Notes: generated by a model not told the origin, from the sequence alone. A DNA stretch of 32,000 bases from an uncultured Opitutales bacterium (GCA_934660865.1 CAKUIA010000008.1:60001-92000); one strand, 5' to 3'. Counted from the first letter of the stretch, positions 7,974 to 17,464 are shown. Numbers and translations are program-made.

Positions 7974-9698
7974 CTATTTTACAAAAATAAAGGGGGCGGC
8001 CGGCGTGCCTTCCAAATTGTAGAGGCACACGTCGGGCTGCGCCCAATTCTTTTGCAGGTAGCGAACGCCGCAAATTGTGTCGCCCTTTTCGGCGTTTACA
8101 ACCAAGGTTCCGTTTGCGCTAAACTTGTAGCCTGCGGGCTTTTCCCAGGAATTGTCCACCAAAATTTCGACGCCGCGCAAACCGTTTTTAAGCGTCATAT
8201 TAACATTGCTTAGCTCGAAATTTACCGTGGCCGAATCGCCGTTAAAATCTACGCTCTTTGCAATGGGCCCGTAAACGCCCCTTAGGTATTTTTGCCCGTA
8301 CACATTTTTAAGGGCAATCTTTGCAAGCCTTTCGCCTACCGCAAGTTTGTTCTTCGGGTGAATGTCTTTTTCCATACCGACATCTATGGTTACCGCCATT
8401 TCAACATTCTTCATTTTGTCGGCAACAATGCGCTGCTGCTCTCTTACAACCGGCCAGTTTGCCCTTGTAGAAAACGACGTCAGCTGCACAAAATAAAACG
8501 GCATATCCGGCTTATTCCAATACTTGCGCCAGGAGTCTATTAAGCGTTCGAACTTGCCGGAAAACAGTGTCGGGTCTGCCGAGTCGCTTTCGCCCTGATA
8601 CCACAAAAAGCCTTTTGCGGTATATCCCGCAATGGGGGCAACTTTTGCGTTGTACAAAAACTGGGGCATTTCCTGCGGGCGCATCGGGCCTTCGACAAAA
8701 GGCTTGCGCGGGGCGTGTTTTGCGAATTTTTTGCCCGCCTTTTTTGCGGCCGCTTTTTCGGCGTTAAACTTTTCCAACGCCTTTTTGTAGTTTGCCAAGG
8801 CCTTTTGGTAGTCGTAGTTTTTGGCCAGTTTATCGTATTCGGCAATCTGCTTGTCGAAACCGGCAACGCCTTTGGCGTCTTGCCTTTCAAGGAATGTTAC
8901 CATTCTTGCCCCGCCCAACTCGGTTTCAACAATGCCTACGGGAACGTTAAATTCCTTCATGATTTTTTCGGCGAAAAAGAACGCCACCGCGCTAATGCCG
9001 CCCGCGGTTTTGGGGGTGCAAACCCTCCAGTTTGCGCCTTCGGGAACGTCGAACGCAGGGGCGGTTTTAATTGCGTCGTACTTCATTATAAACGCCCTCA
9101 TTAAGGGATAGTTTGCACGCGACATTGCCTCTTTTGCATTGTCGGTATCCCTTAAGGAAAACTGCATATTCGACTGGCCGCCCGCGGTTTTGGGGGTGCA
9201 AACCCTCCAGTTTGCGCCTTCGGGAACGTCGAACGCAGGGGCGGTTTTAATTGCGTCGTACTTCATTATAAACGCCCTCATTAAGGGATAGTTTGCACGC
9301 GACATTGCCTCTTTTGCATTGTCGGTATCCCTTAAGGAAAACTGCATATTCGACTGGCCGCCCGCTATCCAAACCTGGCCTACCAAAACATTCTTTATCG
9401 CCTTTTGCTCTACGCCGTTTTCGGATATGTGCATTACCCTGTCTTTGCAGTTGGGTTTCATTGCGGGCAAATACAGGCTCCATTTGCCAAATTCGTCGGC
9501 CTTAACGCTTTTTGAAATGTCGGCAAACTTTACCGCAACTTTTGCGTTGGGCAAAGCCTTGCCCCAAATTTTTACAGGCTCGCCGCACTGCAAAACCATA
9601 TTGTCCGAAAAGATTTTCGGCATAGTTATTTCGGCATTAAGGGCAACTGCCGCCGCCAAGCCGAACAAAGCTAACATTGTCTTTTTCATACTAAACAT
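7974..9698 (-). CDS. Sialate O-acetylesterase (SASA/DUF303)-family carbohydrate esterase carrying an internal 60-aa exact duplication
   Basis: 574-aa ORF with a signal-like N-terminus (MKKTMLALFGLAAAVALNA). It has the GQSNM catalytic block and clear paralogy to 9738-11321. Residues GQSNMQF...TPKTAG occur twice in perfect tandem. Confidence 0.85.
   Translation of the reverse strand: MFSMKKTMLALFGLAAAVALNAEITMPKIFSDNMVLQCGEPVKIWGKALPNAKVAVKFADISKSVKADEFGKWSLYLPAMKPNCKDRVMHISENGVEQKAIKNVLVGQVWIAGGQSNMQFSLRDTDNAKEAMSRANYPLMRAFIMKYDAIKTAPAFDVPEGANWRVCTPKTAGGQSNMQFSLRDTDNAKEAMSRANYPLMRAFIMKYDAIKTAPAFDVPEGANWRVCTPKTAGGISAVAFFFAEKIMKEFNVPVGIVETELGGARMVTFLERQDAKGVAGFDKQIAEYDKLAKNYDYQKALANYKKALEKFNAEKAAAKKAGKKFAKHAPRKPFVEGPMRPQEMPQFLYNAKVAPIAGYTAKGFLWYQGESDSADPTLFSGKFERLIDSWRKYWNKPDMPFYFVQLTSFSTRANWPVVREQQRIVADKMKNVEMAVTIDVGMEKDIHPKNKLAVGERLAKIALKNVYGQKYLRGVYGPIAKSVDFNGDSATVNFELSNVNMTLKNGLRGVEILVDNSWEKPAGYKFSANGTLVVNAEKGDTICGVRYLQKNWAQPDVCLYNLEGTPAAPFIFVK
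8997..9365. repeat. Perfect 180-bp tandem duplication (2 copies) flanked by 9-bp microhomology
   Basis: 9001-9180 equals 9181-9360 at all 180 positions. Identity extends over gccg (8997-9000 = 9177-9180 = 9357-9360) and cccgc (9001-9005 = 9181-9185 = 9361-9365). Confidence 0.95.
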
Positions 9699-9737
9699 AG
9701 GTATCTTTCTTATTAAAAAAATTGCAATATATAAATT

Positions 9738-11321
9738 CTATTCGCCGTCTTTGTTTGTAAAAGACATTACCGGCAGGCCGTCTTCGTTAAACAGGCAGGC
9801 GTCGGGAGCGGCCCAGCTTGTCCACAAATAGCGTACGCCCTCGACATCGTCGCCGTCTTTGCCTTTTACTATTACGGTGTTTGTCTTTTGGTCGAACGAA
9901 ACGTCGCCGGCCTTTACCCATTTTTTGCCGTTAAACACTTCAAAGCCGCGCGGCTCGCCCTTTAGAACCATCTTTTTGCCGAACGAGTCGAACTTAATTG
10001 CAACCCTGTCGCCGCCGTATTCAAAGCTTTTAAATGCGGGACCGTAAACAACCAAATTCTTTTTGCCGTAAACTTCCTTTAAGGCGATATTTGCCGCTCT
10101 ATAGCCTACGTCTATTTTGTTTTTCGGGTGAATGTCGAACTTTTCGCCCAAGTCGATAGTTACAACCATATAGGTATTTTTAACATGCTTTGCGGTGTTG
10201 TACTGCGCCCAGCGAACACCCTCCCACGGGGGACATTTCATTCTGTCGTTGTGGGCATACCACGAAGGCAGCTGCATAAATACAAAGGGCAGGTTTTCGT
10301 CGCCCCAATATTTGCGCCAGCCGTTTATTATTGCGGTAAGCTTTTCCTCGAAAACATTCGGGCCGTAGCCGTCGTCTTCGCCCTGATACCACAAAAAGCC
10401 CCTAAGCGCGTAGCCGCTTACGGGGGCTACGTTTGCGTTGTACAAATACCCAGGCATGCGCGTTACCCTGCCGCTGGCCAAGGGGTGCGGCTCTCTGGGA
10501 GGATATTTGTCGAAATGCTTGCCCGCCTTTTTTGCCTCGGCCTTTTCGGCGTTGTAGGCGGCAATGTCTTTCTTGAACTTTTCCTGAGCTTCTTTGTAGT
10601 TGTAGTCTTTGTTTTCCTTGTCGAATTTTTCCAAATCTTTGGCGTGGCTTTTTACGTTGTTTAAGTCTTCGCGCGCAATCCACGTAATCATTGCCGACCC
10701 GCCCAAAGCCGATTGAATAAGCCCTACGGGAACGCCCTTAAGCTCTTTTGTAAGCTTTTCGGCAAAGAAAAAGCCAACCGCGCTTTTGCCGCCAATATGG
10801 TCGGGGCATACAACTTCCCAATTAGAGCGTTCGGGGTTTACAAAATCCTTAAGCGGCTTTGTTGCCACCCTGCCCGCCGGGTGCATAAAAAACCTTATTT
10901 GCGGGTAGTTTGCGCGGGCGTTGGCCTCTTTGTAGTTGTCGGCGCCGCTAAGTCCGAACTGCATGTTCGACTGCCCCGAAATAAACCAAACTTCGCCCAC
11001 AAGAACTCCTCTTATTGTTTTGCCCTCTTTGCCGTTTTCGAACACCTGCATGGTTGCGGGCTTTGCGTTTATTTTTAGGGGTTTTAGATACAGCGACCAT
11101 TCGCCGTTTTTGTCGGCGTTTGTAGAGACGTTTTGCCCCGCAAATTTTACCGAAACTTTTGCATTTGGCTGCGACTGCCCCCAAACTTTTACCTGTTTGC
11201 CGTTTTGCAGAACCATATTGTCGGAGAACAATTTGTTCATTTTTATTTCGGCATTAAGCGCAAACGCAAAAAGCGCGGCAAAAACCGCAACCGATGTTTT
11301 TAGGAATACTCTTTTGCTCAT
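9738..11321 (-). CDS. Sialate O-acetylesterase (SASA/DUF303)-family carbohydrate esterase, single-copy paralog
   Basis: 527-aa ORF with signal peptide MSKRVFLKTSVAVFAALFAFALNA. It has ISGQSNMQFG once and is collinear with the 7974-9698 product along its whole length. Confidence 0.85.
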   Translation of the reverse strand: MSKRVFLKTSVAVFAALFAFALNAEIKMNKLFSDNMVLQNGKQVKVWGQSQPNAKVSVKFAGQNVSTNADKNGEWSLYLKPLKINAKPATMQVFENGKEGKTIRGVLVGEVWFISGQSNMQFGLSGADNYKEANARANYPQIRFFMHPAGRVATKPLKDFVNPERSNWEVVCPDHIGGKSAVGFFFAEKLTKELKGVPVGLIQSALGGSAMITWIAREDLNNVKSHAKDLEKFDKENKDYNYKEAQEKFKKDIAAYNAEKAEAKKAGKHFDKYPPREPHPLASGRVTRMPGYLYNANVAPVSGYALRGFLWYQGEDDGYGPNVFEEKLTAIINGWRKYWGDENLPFVFMQLPSWYAHNDRMKCPPWEGVRWAQYNTAKHVKNTYMVVTIDLGEKFDIHPKNKIDVGYRAANIALKEVYGKKNLVVYGPAFKSFEYGGDRVAIKFDSFGKKMVLKGEPRGFEVFNGKKWVKAGDVSFDQKTNTVIVKGKDGDDVEGVRYLWTSWAAPDACLFNEDGLPVMSFTNKDGE

Positions 11322-11494
11322 ATATACTTATATACTGTTGAGATTTTATAAAACGATAAAAAAGAATAGCCGCATTGCCCCTTCTTGTAAAGATTTTTCG
11401 CCCGCAACAAACTTGTGGACAATAAATAAACTTTTGTGTGGCAATTTTGCCGCAACTTTGTTTATATGATGGCATATTTTTATTATTTAAGAAG

Positions 11495-12592
11495 ATGAAA
11501 ACGTTAAAATTCTCGGTATTGGCGGGCGACGGCATAGGCCCGGAGGTTATGGAACAGGCTTTGCGCGTTCTTAAATGCGCATGCGACAAGCACTCTATTG
11601 CTTTAGACTACACCAAGTGCGATGTTGGCGGGGCTGCAATAGACAGCCAGGGCGAAGCGTTGCCGAAATCTACGCTGGACGTCTGCCACAATTCCGACGC
11701 AATTCTTTTCGGCTCGGTAGGCGGCCCGAAGTGGGAACACCTGCCCCCCAAGCAGCAACCCGAAAGGGCTGCATTGTTGCCGATCCGCAAAGAGTTCAAG
11801 CTTTTTGCTAATTTGCGCCCCGGCCTGTTGTATAGGGAAATTACCGCAGCAAGCCCCCTTAAAAGCGAGCGCATACCCGAAGGTATCGACATTGTCTGCA
11901 TAAGGGAACTTACCGGCGGCATATATTTCGGCGACAAGCAGACAAAAACCTTGCCCGACGGCGACATTTACGCGAGCGACACAATGGCCTATAAAAAGAG
12001 CGAAATAGAGCGCATTGCCGAAGTTGCGGCGCAAACCGCAATGAAGCGCACAAAGCGCGTATGCTCGGTAGACAAGGCAAACGTTTTGGAAACCTCGGTT
12101 TTGTGGAGAAACACGGTTAAGGAATTTTTCGAAAAGAAATATCCGCAAATAGAGCTTTCGCACCTTTATGTAGACAACGCCGCAATGCAGCTGGCAAGAG
12201 ACCCGAACCAGTTCGACGTTCTCTTTACCGAAAATATGTTCGGCGACATTCTTTCCGACGAAATGGCAATCATCTGCGGCTCGATGGGCATGCTGTGCTC
12301 GGCGTCGCTGGGCGTTGCCGAAAATTCGAAGGGCTTTAAGTTCGGGCTATACGAACCCGCGGGCGGCTCGGCCCCCGACATTGCGGGCAAAGGCATTGCC
12401 AACCCCTGCGCGCAAATATTAAGCGCGGCCCTTATGTTGCGCCATTCTTTCGGCGAAGACGAAATTGCAGCCCAAATAGAAAGCGCCGTTAAAAGGGCGG
12501 TTTGCGAGGGCGTGCGCACAATAGACATCGCATTCGGCGGCAAATCGGTTTCCACAAAGGAAATGGCCGACGAAATCATTAAAAGGCTTTAA
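11495..12592 (+). CDS. leuB: 3-isopropylmalate dehydrogenase
   Basis: The track ORF is 11438-12592. The conserved N-terminus MKTLKFSVLAGDGIGPEVM starts at the ATG at 11495. Also has the typical motifs LFANLRP and NMFGDILSDE. Confidence 0.9.
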   Translation: MKTLKFSVLAGDGIGPEVMEQALRVLKCACDKHSIALDYTKCDVGGAAIDSQGEALPKSTLDVCHNSDAILFGSVGGPKWEHLPPKQQPERAALLPIRKEFKLFANLRPGLLYREITAASPLKSERIPEGIDIVCIRELTGGIYFGDKQTKTLPDGDIYASDTMAYKKSEIERIAEVAAQTAMKRTKRVCSVDKANVLETSVLWRNTVKEFFEKKYPQIELSHLYVDNAAMQLARDPNQFDVLFTENMFGDILSDEMAIICGSMGMLCSASLGVAENSKGFKFGLYEPAGGSAPDIAGKGIANPCAQILSAALMLRHSFGEDEIAAQIESAVKRAVCEGVRTIDIAFGGKSVSTKEMADEIIKRL

Positions 12593-12607
12593 TAACTTTT
12601 ACAGTGT

Positions 12608-15265
12608 ATGACCTCCCTTGAAATAAGAAAAAGCTTTCTCGAATTCTTCAAGAACAAGCACCATTCGATAGTGCCGTCGGCGTCGTTAATGCCCACGTCG
12701 CCGAATCTGCTGTTCACCAACGCGGGAATGAACCAGTTTGTTCCCTACTTTTTGGGCGAAGCGCAATCTCCGTTTGCAAGGGCGGCCGACACTCAAAAGT
12801 GCATACGCGCGGGCGGCAAGCACAACGACCTCGAAGACGTCGGTTTCGACACCTACCACCACACCTTCTTCGAAATGCTGGGCAACTGGTCTTTCGGCGA
12901 CTACTTTAAAAAAGAGGCCATACAGTGGGCGTGGGAGCTTTTGGTAGACGTATGGAAATTCCCCAAAGAAAGGCTGTATGCCACGGTATACAAACCCTCC
13001 GAGGGCGAGCCGGCCTCTTTCGACGAGGAAGCCTACAATATTTGGAAGGGCGTTTTCGAAAAAGAGGGAATGGACCCGCTTGTTCACATAAAGTTTGGCG
13101 GCAAAAAAGACAACTTTTGGATGATGGGCGAAACGGGCCCCTGCGGCCCTTGCTCGGAACTGCATATAGACCTTACCGAAAACGGCGACACAAAAGGCGA
13201 ACTTGTAAACAAAGACTCGCCCCTTTGCATAGAAATTTGGAACTTGGTGTTTATGCAGTTTAACGCCCAGCCCGACGGGTCGTTTGTTCCGCTAAAAAAC
13301 AAGAACATAGACACGGGCATGGGGCTTGAGCGCGTTGCCGGCATTATGGCAAGCACCAACAATTTTAGCGACTTTTCGAAGCTAAGCTCGAACTACAATA
13401 GCGACTTGTTTACCGACATTTTCACCCACATTTCGGCAATGTCGGGCAAAACATACAAGGGAACGGTACCCTCTTCGCGCGACGACATGTCGGCGCAGGA
13501 GCTTATCGACTGCGTATTTAGGGTGCTTTCCGACCACATAAGAACGCTGTCGTTTTCGATTGCCGACGGCATTTTGCCCGGCAACGAGGGACGCAACTAC
13601 GTTCTAAGGCGCATTTTAAGAAGGGCGGTTATGTATTCAAAGCGCATTGGCCTGCCCGCCGGGTCTTTCACCAAATTGGCGGCCCCGCTAATAGCAAAAA
13701 TGGGCCCCATTTTCCCCGAGCTTGAAGAGCAAAAAAAGCTTATTGTAAACATAATAGACTCCGAAGAAAAATCGTTTGAAAGAACTTTGGACAGGGGCTT
13801 GGCGTTGCTCGACAACATTACCGAAACCCAAAAGCGCATTACGGGCGAGCAGGCATTTGTTTTGTACGACACATACGGCTTCCCGCTGGACCTTACCGAG
13901 CTTATAGCACGCGAACGCGCCATGCAGGTAGACGTTAAGGGTTTTGAAGCTGCAATGGAAAAGCAGCGCCAAAAAGCCAGAAGCGCGCAAAAGAAGTCTA
14001 TAATAAGCGTTGCCGACACAAAAGACCTTGCAAACACGACGCAGTTTGTAGGCTACAACATTGCAAACCTTACCGACTTTGAAACGACAATCAGCGCAAT
14101 TATAGAGGGCAAAGACTGCGACTTTTTGATTTTCCCGCAAACGCCGTTTTACGCCGAAAAAGGCGGCCAGGTTGCGGACACGGGCTTTGTGGAAATAGAC
14201 GGCACTGCGCGCGAAATTTTCGACACCAAAGCCGACGCCGCCGGCCACATTTTGCACAGCGTGCGCAAGGGCGTTTTCAACGCCTCGCACATAGGCAAAA
14301 AGGTGCTTCTTAATGTGGACAAGCAAAAGAGGTTTGCAATTCAGCGCCACCACAGCGCAACCCACGTTTTGCACTGGGCGCTAAGAAGGGTTTTGGGCAA
14401 GCATGTTCGCCAGGCGGGCTCTTATGTAGACGCCGAAAGATTAAGATTCGACTTTTCGCACTACGAAGCCCCCACAAAAGAACAGCTTAAAGAGGTTGAA
14501 GCCCTGGCCAACGCCAAGATTTTGGAAAACGCGCCCGTTAAGTGGTTCGAAGTTCCCTACAAGGAAATACCCGAAGGCTGTTTGGCTTTCTTCGGCGAAA
14601 AATACGGCCTTATTGTAAGGGTTGTAAAAATGGGCGACTTTCACGCCGAGCTTTGCGGCGGAACGCACGTTTCGGGCTTGGGCGAAATCGGCCTTATAAA
14701 GATTTGCGGCGAGGGCGCAATTTCGGCGGGCACGCGCAGGCTTGAAGCCGTTGCGGGCACGGTGGCGCTAAGGCAGTTCGAAGACCTGCAAAAGTCGGCT
14801 TCGGCAATTTCGCAAAAGCTTTCGTGCAAAGCCAACGAGCTTGAGCAGGCGGTAGACAAGCTTATAGCCCAAAAAGACCAGCTTGAAAGCCAACTAAAGC
14901 AGTTTAAGCTGCAAAACGCGGGCAACGAGGCAAAAGAACTGGCAAAAAAAGCCGTCGAAAAAGACGGCATTAGCTATGTTGTAGCCAAAGTTTCGGCCTC
15001 GGGCAACGACCTAAGGCAGCTTGCCGTAAAAACCGCAAAAGAGCTTAAGGAATCGGCCATAGTTTTGCTTTCGAAAAACGGCGAAAAGGCGGCCGTGTTG
15101 GCAATGCTTTCGCAGGGCGCTTTAGACAAGGGCCTTAAGGCGGGCGACATTGTAAAAAACATTTGCGCAATGCTCGAAGGCAAAGGCGGCGGCAAGCCCG
15201 ACTTTGCAATGGGCGGCGGCAAGGCCTCGCTTATAGACAAAGCCATTGCCGACTTTAAAATATAA
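12608..15265 (+). CDS. alaS: Alanine--tRNA ligase
   Basis: 885-aa ORF starting MTSLEIRKSFLEFFKNKHHSIVPSASLMP and containing FTNAGMNQF. It has the editing-domain HHSATHVLHWALR..CGGTHV motif and a C-terminal DHHA1-like GGGKPDFAMGGG. Confidence 0.97.
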   Translation: MTSLEIRKSFLEFFKNKHHSIVPSASLMPTSPNLLFTNAGMNQFVPYFLGEAQSPFARAADTQKCIRAGGKHNDLEDVGFDTYHHTFFEMLGNWSFGDYFKKEAIQWAWELLVDVWKFPKERLYATVYKPSEGEPASFDEEAYNIWKGVFEKEGMDPLVHIKFGGKKDNFWMMGETGPCGPCSELHIDLTENGDTKGELVNKDSPLCIEIWNLVFMQFNAQPDGSFVPLKNKNIDTGMGLERVAGIMASTNNFSDFSKLSSNYNSDLFTDIFTHISAMSGKTYKGTVPSSRDDMSAQELIDCVFRVLSDHIRTLSFSIADGILPGNEGRNYVLRRILRRAVMYSKRIGLPAGSFTKLAAPLIAKMGPIFPELEEQKKLIVNIIDSEEKSFERTLDRGLALLDNITETQKRITGEQAFVLYDTYGFPLDLTELIARERAMQVDVKGFEAAMEKQRQKARSAQKKSIISVADTKDLANTTQFVGYNIANLTDFETTISAIIEGKDCDFLIFPQTPFYAEKGGQVADTGFVEIDGTAREIFDTKADAAGHILHSVRKGVFNASHIGKKVLLNVDKQKRFAIQRHHSATHVLHWALRRVLGKHVRQAGSYVDAERLRFDFSHYEAPTKEQLKEVEALANAKILENAPVKWFEVPYKEIPEGCLAFFGEKYGLIVRVVKMGDFHAELCGGTHVSGLGEIGLIKICGEGAISAGTRRLEAVAGTVALRQFEDLQKSASAISQKLSCKANELEQAVDKLIAQKDQLESQLKQFKLQNAGNEAKELAKKAVEKDGISYVVAKVSASGNDLRQLAVKTAKELKESAIVLLSKNGEKAAVLAMLSQGALDKGLKAGDIVKNICAMLEGKGGGKPDFAMGGGKASLIDKAIADFKI

Positions 15266-15304
15266 AAGGCTGCGCTTTTAAAAACTTAAAGCGCATATAA
15301 ATGG

Positions 15305-15345
15305 AAATCCCGAATTTGAATTTCTCCAAATTCGGGATTTTTTTT
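15305..15345. terminator. Rho-independent terminator between convergent alaS and the thioredoxin-like gene
   Basis: 14-bp perfect stem aaatcccgaatttg (15305-15318) / caaattcgggattt (15327-15340) with an 8-nt loop and an 8-T run ending at 15345 on the plus strand. A second 8-bp hairpin (tgcgcttt 15271-15278 / aaagcgca 15288-15295) precedes it. The U-tract is weaker on the minus side. Confidence 0.75.
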
Positions 15346-15382
15346 AGTTTCGCCAATATTAAGCCGTGTATATAAAAATCGA

Positions 15383-15937
15383 TTATTTAGACTTTTCCTT
15401 GAAAACCTCTATTTGCTCGATAAACCCTTCGGGCGTTTGAGACGGAACGCCCAAAAGCTTTTCTGCCTTTTTGGTTTTGGGGTTTATTAGAACTATTGTG
15501 GGAAACCCCTCTATTTGCAGCTGCTCCATTAAAGCCGCATGCTGCTTTGCAAATTCCTTGGATTTGGGCGCGCGGTTTTCGTCCCAATCGGAAAAGACAT
15601 ATACCAGCTTTTCGTTTGCGTATTTTTTAAATTCTTTGGTGTCTATAACAAACTTGTGCAGCGCCTTGCACGGCATACACCAGTCGGAACCCGAAAAATG
15701 CAGCATTAAAATTTTGCCCTCTTTTTCGGCATCGGCAAAGGCTTTGTCGAAATCCTCGCGCACCTTCAATTCCGCCCTTTCGCCCGCCCTTTCGGCCTTG
15801 GCAATGTCGGCTTTTACGCTCTGTTGCACGCTAGCTACAGGTTCGGGTTTTCCATTACAGGCGCCCTTTTCGCAGCACGCCGAAAACAAGTTCAAGGCAA
15901 AACCCATAACCGCAATCGAAAATATAATCTTTTTCAT
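15383..15937 (-). CDS. Thioredoxin-fold protein, probable lipoprotein
   Basis: 184-aa ORF with an N-terminal MKKIIFSIAVMGFALNLFSAC lipobox-like signal and the thioredoxin active-site motif SDWCMPCK. Confidence 0.8.
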   Translation of the reverse strand: MKKIIFSIAVMGFALNLFSACCEKGACNGKPEPVASVQQSVKADIAKAERAGERAELKVREDFDKAFADAEKEGKILMLHFSGSDWCMPCKALHKFVIDTKEFKKYANEKLVYVFSDWDENRAPKSKEFAKQHAALMEQLQIEGFPTIVLINPKTKKAEKLLGVPSQTPEGFIEQIEVFKEKSK

Positions 15938-15982
15938 TTTTTCCTTTCGTTTGCCTAAGCTATCGTAACAAAAAAGCGCAAA

Positions 15983-16393
15983 TTAAGGCTTTGTATATTC
16001 GGCGACAACTTTAATGGCTATGCCGCCCCTCGAATTAAATTCGCCTATAACCGTGCAAAAGCGCGGGCTTAGCGCCTTTACCAAGTCGTTTAAAATCACG
16101 TTTGTAAGGTGTTCGTGAAAACACCCCTCGTTGCGGAAAGACCACAAATAAAGCTTTAGCGATTTGCTTTCTACAATCTTTTGGTCGGGAATATATTTTA
16201 TTGTTATCTTTGCAAAATCGGGCTGGCCCGTTGCGGGGCACAAACACGTAAATTCCGACGTTGTAAGCTCTATGGTATAGTCTCTTTCGGGATTTTTATT
16301 GGGAAATGTTTCGAGCTTTTTGGAGGGTTTGTTTTTGTGCATACCCAGCAATGTAAGCCCTTTTAAGTCTTTTTTTTCGGTTTTGTTTGCCAT
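15983..16393 (-). CDS. queF: NADPH-dependent 7-cyano-7-deazaguanine (preQ0) reductase, unimodular type
   Basis: 136-aa ORF with the catalytic Cys context FTCLCPATGQPDF and the QueF motif ESKSLKLYLWSFRN. Confidence 0.9.
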   Translation of the reverse strand: MANKTEKKDLKGLTLLGMHKNKPSKKLETFPNKNPERDYTIELTTSEFTCLCPATGQPDFAKITIKYIPDQKIVESKSLKLYLWSFRNEGCFHEHLTNVILNDLVKALSPRFCTVIGEFNSRGGIAIKVVAEYTKP

Positions 16394-16399
16394 TGTTTT

Positions 16400-17008
16400 T
16401 TATTTTGCGTTAAAGAGTTTGTGAAGTTGCCAGCCTGCCCTGAATTTGCCGCCCTTTTGCACCACAAAGTCTGAAATTGCATTTAGCAGCGCCTTGTCGT
16501 TCGATTTCGAAGCCTCACAATGCAGCCAATAAGCCTTTGCATTTGCAGTTAACTTTGCAAAATTTTCGTATTCGAGCAATTCCGAAATGCCTGAAACTAT
16601 AAATTTTACCTCGTTTGCCGACTCCAAAAAACGCCGCTTTACGGGTTTGCCCAATTTCGGGCTAAGGGTTATCCAGTCGAAATCGGCAAGGCTTTCGCAA
16701 AAGCCGCTTGTTTCCAAATGCGTTTTTACGTTGGCGCTTTTTAGGGCGCTTGCCAATTCGCGCAAATCCTGCGCGCAGGGTTCGCCGCCCGTTATAACGG
16801 CAAAGTTTGCATGCGAATCTTTGGCCCTTTGCGCAAGCTCTTCGGCTTCGGCGTAAAAGACATCGGCCGATGTATCCCAGGCATATTTTGTGTCGCACCA
16901 GGCGCATTTAACGGGGCAGCCGAAAAGCCTTATAAAATAGGCCTTTTGCCCCGCAAAACACCCCTCGCCCTGAAAGGACAAAAACTCCTCGCTTACAACG
17001 TATTTCAT
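16400..17008 (-). CDS. queE: 7-carboxy-7-deazaguanine synthase (radical SAM)
   Basis: 202-aa ORF with the cluster motif FIRLFGCPVKCAWCDTKYAW. Its start overlaps the queD stop (ATGA at 17008-17005). Confidence 0.9.
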   Translation of the reverse strand: MKYVVSEEFLSFQGEGCFAGQKAYFIRLFGCPVKCAWCDTKYAWDTSADVFYAEAEELAQRAKDSHANFAVITGGEPCAQDLRELASALKSANVKTHLETSGFCESLADFDWITLSPKLGKPVKRRFLESANEVKFIVSGISELLEYENFAKLTANAKAYWLHCEASKSNDKALLNAISDFVVQKGGKFRAGWQLHKLFNAK

Positions 17009-17436
17009 TTTTCGCTATAGCGCGCCGTGTTCTTTTCGTCTTCGCTTACGCTAATGCAGTCTACAAAAGCCCTGTTGTTCGTCTTTTGGCGCACAAGGGC
17101 ATCGAACACAAAAAACAGGTGCTTTGCCAAACCCTCGCACGAGCACGATTCCACAAAATAGGGTTTATACACCTCCGGGCACGCCGAAATTATTTTGTCT
17201 TTTAAAGGGTCGCTTTTCGACAGGACAATGGCGTGGTCGAGATTTTCCGAAATCCAGTCTTTTATAAAGCCGAGCTTGCCGAAATCCACAACAAAGTCGT
17301 TCTCGTCGGTGTTGGTGCAGCCGAAGGTTATGGAAATACCCCAGTTGTGTCCGTGCACAAACGAGCAGTGCCCGTCGTGCAAATGTTGGCGGTGGGCAAA
17401 CGGAATGCCGGCGTATGTTTTTGTGCAGGTAATCAT
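17005..17436 (-). CDS. queD: 6-carboxy-5,6,7,8-tetrahydropterin synthase
   Basis: 143-aa ORF with the PTPS-family zinc-binding histidines in HRQHLHDGHCSFVHGHNWG. Confidence 0.9.
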   Translation of the reverse strand: MITCTKTYAGIPFAHRQHLHDGHCSFVHGHNWGISITFGCTNTDENDFVVDFGKLGFIKDWISENLDHAIVLSKSDPLKDKIISACPEVYKPYFVESCSCEGLAKHLFFVFDALVRQKTNNRAFVDCISVSEDEKNTARYSEK

Positions 17437-17464
17437 TTTACTGTTATATGCTTTTGTTTATCGG

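Noticed and set aside
8997-9365. Considered whether the 180-bp direct repeat could be a CRISPR-like array, a minisatellite or a mobile-element terminus.
   Set aside because: There are only two units with no spacer. The repeat lies entirely inside a coding frame whose sequence is homologous to the neighbouring paralog. It is a segmental duplication of coding sequence, not a repeat-spacer array or an IS end.
12593-12607. Looked for cis-regulatory RNAs expected from gene content: a T-box or leader before alaS/leuB, an FMN riboswitch before ribD, and a preQ1 riboswitch before queD/queF.
   Set aside because: The upstream gaps are 15 nt (alaS), 9 nt (ribD), 28 nt (queD) and 6 nt (queF). These are far too short to hold such elements, and the leuB upstream region (11322-11494) shows no recognisable conserved structure.
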